The translations under genes were made by a program, and so were the position numbers. A stretch of 64,000 bases of DNA from Guillardia theta CCMP2712 (Eukaryota > Protista > Cryptophyta): assembly GCF_000315625.1 (NCBI RefSeq), contig NW_005434478.1, positions 15,635 to 79,634 on the forward strand, written 5' to 3'. Positions 50,140 to 64,000 of this stretch are shown piece by piece; the stretch's first letter is position 1, and each line of letters begins with the position of its first letter. The notes under the pieces were generated by a model, which made no database searches, was not told the DNA's origin, and saw only the letters and a list, made by a program, of their open reading frames with translations.

Positions 50140-52974
50140 TCAAACCTCGTCAGCAGATTCGAACTCATTGAACATGGTCTCATCGGGATACAGCTGATAA
50201 CTCGTCAATCATTGCACCACGCTCTCTCTTCTCTCACCTGCTTGGCGTAGTCGAGCGTCTTCTTAGCGAGCACGCGATTGCTGTATTCCTTCCGCTTGAC
50301 CAACATGATCCGGCAGACGCCCAGCAGAGCCGCCTTGTTCTCACGGTCTAGGAGGAGGACGGAGCTACAGCGTAGCAGGGTCAGGTTGCAACGTCACATC
50401 GCTCCCTCCTACCTGTAGAGCTTGTGTGCGAGCTTCAGCTTCCCCTCCAGCTCGTACAGGAGGCCGAGGCTGATGGAGGTTGCGAGGTGCAGCGGGTCGG
50501 ACAGGTACGCTCTCTTGAGCAGTCGGTAGGCCGCCTTGACGTCGTTCCGATCCATCAGGATCACCTGCGCCAGCTTGCAGAGCGCTGGCGAAGAGCATGG
50601 CCGTAGCTGAACCTGCGGTAACCGTCGCAATGTGAGGGAGGAGCCGAGGAGCGGGTGGGGATGGGAGCAAAGGAGTGAGGGGGGAGGAGGCGAGAGAGAA
50701 CCGCGTGCTTGAGCCATCGCTGTGCAAGTGCGTGCTCCTTCATCTGCAGGAAACCAGTGGAGCAGGAGAAGACGAGGTCGAAGTCATGAGGGTACGAGGC
50801 CGCAAGCTGCTGGAGCTGAATTTTCATTTCCTCCTTCTCCTGGTCACCAGCAAAACGAATGAGACGAGACGTCCGCTCGGCTTCGATTCTCTTGGTCCAT
50901 ATGACGCATCCTTTCGCTGCAGCAAACTCTAACGCGCGATCAAACATCACTTTGATAAGCTCCTGCTCCTCCCCGAACAGCTCAAGGTATCTTTCTCTGC
51001 ACGAGCGAACATCAGCATCTACACAAGCTTCCGCAGTCCCAAGACCTGGGCTTCTCATTCAAAGGATCCATCTCCATCGCTCGTGCAACCGCCTTCACTG
51101 CCTCGTCGTGATTCTTGCCGCACTTGAAAAGCAAGTCGGAGTAGAGGAGGAGGAGGTCTGACCCGCGGCTGGTCAGGAACACACATCTACTGGCTCATCT
51201 TATCTTCACCTGGAGTCTCACAGGAAAGAAGAGCCTTCTGCACCAACGTGATGGCTCCTATCGTGTCTCCCTGCAGGTGAAGGTTCAGGTTGGAAGGGGA
51301 CTAGCACGTCAGACGTCTTGCAGCATGTCGAATGCTGACATTCGAAGAGCCATGGCATTGGACGGTTCGCAGCGCAGGACATGTGCCATCGCCTCCGCTC
51401 TCATGGGATCGGCCTAGTGCACCCGGTCAGCAGCACACGGCAGCCCCAGGGACTCTCGACCCTCTTGGCTTTGAATCGGACAAGGAAGTCGAGGTAGGCG
51501 TAGAAGAACTCTGCCTGCACCTCGCCTGCGCTCCTGGTGACATTGTGGATCTTCTGCAATCCGATGGGTCAACATGGACAAGCGAGGTGGGAGGAGGAGA
51601 ACCTGGAACAGCAAGGAAGCTCGATCAATATCGCACACTCGAGACAACTGGACAAGAAGCAGCTATCAGTCACTCGCAACCATATTGTCAAGGACCAACC
51701 AGTTTCGCGTATCCTATGAGCGCCTCCGTCTGATTCGGATCGACGCTCAAACTTCGGACAAACAGAACCTGCAACATGGCATGCCGACACAGAAAGATGT
51801 GAGGGAGTATCGGCAAGAGGGAGAGCAGGCGAAGGCGGGGCAGCAGGATGAAAGGTGGAGGTGGTGGAGGAGGAGGCTGGAACAATACCTCAGACTCTGT
51901 GACGTTGATGGACTCCTGGAAGAGAACCGTCGCAAGATTGGTCAGAGCCTCAGTCTGCCGTCACAGTCAGCCCGAACAAGGCAGAGAAAGCTGGGGCAGG
52001 CGGACCATGTTGGGCTCGAGGGCGATGGCATTGCGGTAGAGCTCCACGGCTCTCGTGACGTTCTTGATGTCCTCGAGTTTGTACTTCTCGTCTCCGCTGT
52101 AGACGTGCTCCTGTCCCTCAACGCCATGGTACATGAGGGCCGTGGCGAAGTAGATGGAGGCTTCGTTCGGGTAGATCTGGAGAGAAGACGTCAGCGCCGA
52201 GGGACTCGGAGGGGATCGCGTTCAACCCGTTGAAGATCCTCGTAAATCTTGATGGCTCCCTGGAGATCCTTGCAGCCGGCCTGGAGACAGGTAAGCCTTC
52301 CATGGCAGGGATAGCTCTTACATGACGACCTTGAGGAACATGGCGTATGACATCATTATGTCCACCCTCCGCCTCTCCTTCCTGAGGATCCCCTGACTCT
52401 CTTGTCACATGTTGCCGTCAACGTCATTCTGCTGTGGTCACCTCGAAAACCTCCCGAGCAGCATCGACGTCGTCCCGTATGCTCCACAAGAACAGAGCAT
52501 AACTCTCCATCACATCCACGTCCTCGCCATTCGCCTCCAGGTGGTCCATGTACACCTGTAGCAGCAGTCACCGCCGTCCAGCATGGTGGAGGCCCTTACA
52601 AGCTCCGCTGCATCGAAGTCATGCTGCAGGACAAGCCTCTCTACTTCTTCTAGCACGTCGTCACAGCTCCGGGCAAGTTGACCAGCCTGAGCTCCAACGT
52701 CTTCTCCCCTCTGAGGTCTGGCGCGCGACTCCACCTCTCGAAAGGCTGCATCGAACTCGTCGTCAAGCGCATCGACGCCGACGTCGTCCATCTGCGTCAT
52801 GACCATGTCCTTGTCCTCTGTCCTTCCTCCCCGCAGCTTCAGGATCGTGGGCAGGGAGCAAGGGAACCCATGGTGATTCACCAAAGCAACTTCGCATCCA
52901 AGGAGCTCGCTTCTCGTCGCAAGGAGGAGGAGGACAGTCAGTCCTGCATTCATGATACCGCTGCTCTTCTTCAT
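50140..52974 (-). CDS. TPR-repeat protein with signal peptide and LKLRGG motif, many introns
   Basis: Leader AGLTVLLLLATRS, ILKLRGG, TPR-like helices (RSLSVDPNQTEALIGYAK; AAYRLLKRAYLSDPLHLATSISLGLLYELEGKLKLAHKLY). 3' end approximate. Confidence 0.7.
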
Positions 52975-53112
52975 CGTCCTTCTAGTCCACCTTCCTGCAT
53001 TCCTTCCTTCCACTCCCTCCCTCCCCTCCCTCCTCGCGTCTCCACCGCCAGTGCTGTACCAGTTTCCGCATTGGACGCATCAGGCAAGTTCGCCTCAGTA
53101 TGTCACCCATCC

Positions 53113-57976
<4,864 letters not shown>

Positions 57977-58056
57977 ATTATCATAAGGGAGGAAAAGGAT
58001 TATGTCATCAGAAGCACTTGTTCTGTCAAATCTCACACTCATCAACTCCTCCTCCT

Positions 58057-60664
58057 CTACGTCTGCATGCTCTTCCGGATGGTGTCCTCCAGGTGGGGAT
58101 AGTTGGTCAGCACCAGCTGGAGGAGAAGGTGAGGTCGAGCAGGAGAGCGAGAGGGAGGAAGAGGGCGAGAGGGAGGACAACTATGGAGGGCAAAGAGGAC
58201 GAAGGCGAGGAAGGGGACGGAGGGCAAGTTGGAGGAGGAGGTGGAGGAGGAGGAGGAGGAGGAGGAGGAGGACAGAGAGCAAGGAGGAGGGGTGGAGGGG
58301 AAGGAGGAAACAGAAGAGCAGTTGGCGGACCTTGAGCTGCTTGTATGCGTCTTGCAGGTTGTCGTTGGTGANNNNNNNNNNNNNNNNNNNNNNNNNNNNN
58401 NNNNNNNNNNNNNNNNNNNNNNNNNNNNNNNNNNNNNNNNNNNNNNNNNNNNNNNNNNNNNNNNNNNNNNNACATCATAACAAATGCAAGAAAGATGAAC
58501 ATACAAACTGATACAAGTAGAGAGTGAAAAACACACGGAGACCGAAGATCCTAGAAACAGACAAAAGCGCAGACCGAACGAAAGCCAGAGATCAAGAAGG
58601 AGTGATTGGAGTGAGATAGTAAAGGGAGGGAGGGAGGGGGGGAGGGATGGGAGGGAGGGAGGGAGGGAGGGAGGGAGGGAGGGAGGGAGGGAGGGAGGGA
58701 GGGAGGGAGGGAGGGAGGAGGGGAGCAGGAGGGATCAGAAACCTGAGAGCCTCGAGCGAGGGAGGGCTGATCCACACAAAAATCTGGAGGAAAGATTAGC
58801 GACATGGTCGAGGGAGAGGGGGAGGAGGAGGAGGAGGAGGAGGTGGTGGTGGAGGTGGTGGTGGAGGTGGAGGTGGAGGAGGTGGTGGTGGAGGAGGAAC
58901 CGGCTCAAGTTTCGTCTTGCGAATCTGTTCAACTCCGGCCAAGTCGATGTGAAGGATCTGAAAGCCCCTCAGGATGCAAATGAAGGGAGGAGGAGGTGAC
59001 GAAAGGGAAGCAAGGAGAGGAGGTAGCTTGTAAGCCAGAAAGCAGAAGAAGAGGAGGTGGCAAGAACCAGGAGACTGGAACAGCAGAGGAGAGTGGGGGT
59101 GAGGGATGTGGTGGAAAAGAGGCTGAAGGGAGGATGGAAAACAGAGAGCAGCGAGAAACGCAAAGAGGAGAGGAGGAGAGCAGTAAGACTAAGAGATAAG
59201 AAGGAAAGGAAGGAAAGGAAAATTGGCGTACGCAAATCTTTCCAGCATTGATCTGATTCTTAACAATCTTTTGATTTGACAAAGAGGTCAGGTGTGAACA
59301 AACCAGGAAACATGCACCAAATCACCTGCATGGCAGTGCCGTACAAGTCTCCATCGATCTCCGCGACTTCCAGGAACATTCCCTTGATCGACGTCATCTC
59401 AGCGTGTGAAAAGCGGTAGAAACCTTCTTGATTCCATCCTGCATCTCTTCGCGCGAGATGAAGATGTAGTCTTCGCCATCGCACTCGTCCTCGTTCGGCG
59501 TCCTGCCCCTCCCTCACCACCTGCCCCTCGCCTCCTCCTCCTTACCTCGACGTGTGCGCTATGGGAACGCTGAACTCCGACTGGAACTCCTGCCATGTCG
59601 TCACCTCCAGTCACAAGCTCCGACCCCCACCCGGAGGATCATCGAGATGAGTGTCGCCTTGCCTACGCTCGGGGGACCTGAAAAAGGTCAACAAAGGGGC
59701 AGGCAGGCAGGCAGGCAGACTTGTACCTGAGATCACTAGTGGGCTTGGAAACAAACCTTCACGAACACGCGCGAGACCCTGGCAAGCAAGATGAATTTGC
59801 GATGTTCGGATCAAAACTCCTCCTCCTCCTCCTCCCAACCCCCCCCCCTCCTCTCTCTCTCNNNNNNNNNNNNNNNNNNNNNNNNNNNNNNNNNNNNNNN
59901 NNNNNNNNNNNNNNNNNNNNNNNNNNNNNNNNNNNNNNNNNNNNNNNNNNNNNNNNNNNNNNNNNNNNNNNNNNNNNNNNNNNNNNNNNNNNNNNNNNNN
60001 NNNNNNNNNNNNNNNNNNNNNNNNNNNNNNNNNNNNNNNNNNNNNNNNNNNNNNNNNNNNNNNNNNNNNNNNNNNNNNNNNNNNNNNNNNNNNNNNNNNN
60101 NNNNNNNNNNNNNNNNNNNNNNNNNNNNNNNNNNNNNNNNNNNNNNNNNNNNNNNNNNNNNNNNNNNNNNNNNNNNNNNNNNNNNNNNNNNNNNNNNNNN
60201 NNNNNNNNNNNNNNNNNNNNNNNNNNNNNNNNNNNNNNNNNNNNNNNNNNNNNNNNNNNNNNNNNNNNNNNNNNNNNNNNNNNNNNNNNNNNNNNNNNNN
60301 NNNNNNNNNNNNNNNNNNNNNNNNNNNNNNNNNNNNNNNNNNNNNNNNGCTCCTCGATCTCCTGCAGCGAGTCCTTGACACGGGAGACGAGGAGGACGAG
60401 GAAATAAAGAAACAGACAAGGAAGAGAAGGAGGAGGAGGAGGAGTATATTTCCCACCTGTTCGAGCTCTTTTGCCTCATTCTGAAGGCTTTCTCGTTCCT
60501 TATCGCTCGTCAGTCCCTCCTCCTCTCATCTACTTCACGCACCTTCACCAGCTCCTCCAGCGCCTCCTTGGCCGCCTGCGCAATATCGTCAGCTCAGCTT
60601 CGAGCTTCTCCTTGCAAGTGACCTGAGGGTCGCCGTAGTCGCCTCCTCCGAACAAGAACGCCAT
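58057..60664 (-). CDS. Guanylate kinase-like protein, fragmented over small exons and two gaps
   Basis: Exons read GPPSVGKATLI (P-loop), FSVPIAHTSR, ECDGEDYIFISREEM, GMFLEVAEIDGDLYGT, GKIC/ILHIDLAGVEQI, WISPPSLEALR, NDNLQDAYKQLK. Confidence 0.85.
58372..58471. other. Assembly gap (100 N)
   Basis: Run of N. Confidence 1.
59862..60348. other. Assembly gap
   Basis: Run of N. Confidence 1.
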
Positions 60665-61101
60665 CCTATGCCATGCGCTCAGTTCTCCGTGAAGAAGAGG
60701 CCGTCTTCATGGCTCCTGCCTACTTCTCTCCAGCCTCCAGCGTTGCTCCTCATTCGTTTTGACAGACATTCGCCATGAAAACTTCTCTGCTCTCTTAGTT
60801 CTACTCTTCTCCACACACTCTCGCAATCTTGTTCCTCCTAGTTGTTTTCAGACAGAAAGCAGATCTTCATGTTAAGCTCCCCATCCTATTCCAAGTTGCC
60901 CTTCTTTCCCTCCCCCCCCTCCCCCCCCCCCCTTTCCTTTCCTTTCCTTTCCTTTCCTTTCCCTGCTCTGAACACATTCTCTTCTCCTGCCGTCTTCTTT
61001 CCCTCCTCTCCCCTCTCCCCTCCCCTCCTTTTTATCCTCTTCTCCTCCTTTCCAGCACCGCTGCTGCTCTGCAGCATTTCACCCCCCAGCAGGATCCTGG
61101 C

Positions 61102-64000
61102 ATGGCGTCATCTGCAACAGAAATGAAACCGCTGCAACTGACGTAACGAATCGGAGGCTTGCCTGATTGGAATCGATTTGAAACGCCGAGTCAACAACCT
61201 ATCGGATTTGAATCGAATTTTATCAGTCAGGGAGTTCCCATGCCGTCAAAGGCCCACGGTGATGGGCACGGAAGGGAGGGGGAGGGGGAGGAAGGAGAAG
61301 GGGAGGAAGGGGAGGGAGAGGAGAAGCGAATTGCGAGAAGGGAAAACCATGTGCATCTTGCAACAGGACAGGATCATCCTCAAGAGCGAAATAGAAAACT
61401 TTACCAGACTGAAAATGAAAACCACGAGATGTATCCAACAGGGCTTGAAAGTGAAGATAGCGGTGATGAAGAAAGCAGCAACGACGAGGACGAGGACGAG
61501 GACGATGAGGATGACGAAGATGAAGAAATCCGAGAGGACATGCGGGCTAGAGTCGAGAACGGATACCTTCCCTCAATGGAGACTCATATCGTCCTCTGGA
61601 AGTACGGGATCTGCAAATTTCCTGACGATGGTAATCCCTCTCATACATAATACATCCTTGACGACCGACGTGATTGATTGCAGTGACAAGACCGAACCAC
61701 CTTGCTGTGATAGACCTGAGATACAACCTGGTCAGACCATGCAATACATTGACGATTCTGCTGTGAGCAATCTATGGCAGATCCGGGAATTCCCACCTGA
61801 GATGAGGCACATGAAGCGGCTGGTGCACCTGGATCTCACTTCCAATCGCATCGAAACCATCCCTGAGAGGTAGACCAAAATCACAGGACACGATGTACAT
61901 CACGTAACCGAGAGTTCATCTTCAGTAGACGTAATGGGTGCCTTGCAGTCTTCGTTGACCCCTTCTTTCTTCAGCATCTCCCACCTCAAGCGTCTCCGTG
62001 GACTGTTCTTGTCTAACAATACGATCCGAGAGATTCCTGTGGGTCTTTGCTCTCTGGGCAAACTTGAGGTGGTCAAACTCGTCAGCTCATCGACTTTGTC
62101 TTCTCACCTCCTGTGCTTGTCAGATCCTCCGGCTCGATCGCAACCGTCTCCTCCAAGTCCCATGGTTGCGCCTCCTCCCCACCTTCCTCCGATCTCAGCA
62201 GTGAAGCAGGGAGATCGGGCGCTTGAGTCGTCTGGAAACAATGTCGCTCGGTGGGGTAGAACGTTTGTTGGGAGAGAAGCTCATGGTTGGCAGATTGTAA
62301 CAGACTTACTTCTCTACCGCCGGAGATGGCGCTCCTGACCCGGTTGCATACACTGACACTCAAGGTTGAGAAATATCCTGAAGATTGTCATACTGACGAT
62401 GGGACTTCAGGGAAATCCGCTGATCTTGTGTACGTCTTCAAGAGTAAGGTGATAAAGATGACGAGGATGATGGTAGATATTGTGGTGTTGTGCTGTAATG
62501 ATGATGATGATGATGATGATGAGGAGGAGGAGGAGGAGAGAGATGAGAACGAGGATAAGGAGGACGAGGAGGACGAGGTTGACGAGGACGAGGACGATGA
62601 GGAGGAGGACAAAGATGTGGACGGGAGGAAAAAGATGATAGAGAGGGGGAAGATGAGAACGATGAAGCTTGTGGTTATGCTAGGATGATAGTTGTTGGCA
62701 GGGACGTGGCGCCAGCAGCGATCGGGGAGGTGAGGTGTGGGAGGATGAGGAGGTTCTGACCAGCACAAGGCGCCTGTCTCCCTCTTCGACTCCGACGAGC
62801 GCGAGGCAGGTAAGGACGCGGACGAAGAGACAAAAGGAGAGAAGGAAGAAGGAGATACCGGAGGCGGGAATGAGGAGGGGAGGAGGGAGGAGGGAGGAGG
62901 GAGGAGGGAGGGGAGGAGGGGGCAATGATTTCATTGTCTTCCCTCTCAGATGCGGCGCATGCTTCCGGGCGATCAACTTTGCATCGAAAGGGACATGACA
63001 GGTAGGCGGTGATGGAGGGGCAGGGGCAGGGGCAGGGGCAGGGGCAGGTGGTGGTAGAGGAAGAGCAGGGATCGTGTTGAAGAGGAGGGGTGTTGGAAGG
63101 TTTTCCTTCTGTTTGATATCTCTTGTTTTAGTCTGCTTTCCTTCCTAGCGTCTCAGCTTCTGTTTCAAGACCATTCGTACCGTGAGCTCAACAAGGTGAC
63201 GCTACGTTGATCGGCTACTTCCTCTTCTCCCGCTTTCACTTCTCTCCTCTCCCTCCTCCCTCCTCGCCTTCTGCTCCATCTTTCTTCCTCCCCTTCCTCT
63301 TCCTCATAAAGTTGTGCTCAGGTCCCGACTTCAATTTTCCGATCGACGCAGCTTCAGGCTCTTTCACTGCGTCAAAACCTTCTCGAAAGTCTTCCAGAAG
63401 AGCTTGAGGTCTTTCAGATCTTCCGGTTGACATTGTTCTTGACATTGTTCTTGGCTGCCATGTCCTTCCCTCCCGCTCAAACAACAGGGACACACCAATC
63501 TTCGTCTCCTCGACGTGTCGCACAACAGGGTCGAAAAGATCCCACGAGCGTATACGTCTCTTGTGAACCTGCAAGAGCTCAACGTGTCTTTTAATCAGGT
63601 ACAGCTGCTGCAGCTCCTTGCAATCTCCGTTCTCTCACAACTACTTCATCTTTCTGTTGTACCTTCTCGACTGTTACTTTTCCTTCTATCCTCCTTCTTC
63701 ACTGTTTGCTCACAACATAACAATTTCCCTTATCATCAAACAAGTATCTCACAATAGATGCAGATGATCAATACAGCATCTCAAGAGAACAGCTACGAGG
63801 ATCTCTCATTTCCCATTGAGGTTCTTCCTGATCGTCTCAAACTTGTTCTCCTGACCCATCACAGTTGGGTCCTGCCCTTCGGAACCTTGAAACTTTACTC
63901 CTCTCCTCCAATCGTTTCGCCTTTCTCCCTCCTGCCGTGAGACTATCTTGCTCTTTCAGCCTGTCTCGCTTTCACCCTGACCCACAATCCACCTACCTTC
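61102..64000 (+). CDS. Leucine-rich repeat protein with acidic N-terminus; 3' end probably beyond window
   Basis: LxxLxLxxN repeats: LVHLDLTSNRIETIP, LRGLFLSNNTIREIP, LRLDRNRL, LLDVSHNRVEKIP, LQELNVSFNQ. Confidence 0.85.

Overview
Gene-dense eukaryotic nuclear DNA with many short (~45-60 nt) GT-AG introns, microsatellites and two N-gaps. Intron style and a signal peptide + 'SA-F' plastid-targeting leader point to an alga with a complex red plastid, probably a cryptophyte such as Guillardia theta (inference). About 20 protein-coding genes can be supported: an SRCR-repeat protein, CABIN1/Hir3 with an inserted PHD finger, a katanin/VPS4-type AAA ATPase, a WD40 protein, TVP38/TMEM64, a UDP-glucose dehydrogenase, a P-loop GTPase-like protein, a very large TRANK1-like ankyrin/RelE-like/UvrD/TPR helicase, an inverted pair of HIR/SPFH genes, a TPR protein, a divergent MORC-like protein, a guanylate kinase and an LRR protein. 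The main hidden feature is a frameshifted, insertion-interrupted Fanzor1 (eukaryotic TnpB/Cas12-like RNA-guided nuclease) at ~10.9-13.3 kb, which the ORF track shows only as short fragments. All three RuvC acidic residues and the four zinc-finger cysteines are still readable, and a candidate omegaRNA/right-end region lies just downstream. Other notable signals: a dispersed ~60-bp element (3 copies, one abutting the Fanzor); a recurrent intergenic 10-mer TCCGATGATC; a ubiquitin-tail-like [LMV]RGG motif after the signal peptide in three unrelated proteins; and apparent gene conversion between the inverted HIR copies. Exon boundaries were read by eye, and family assignments come from motif recognition, not database searches.
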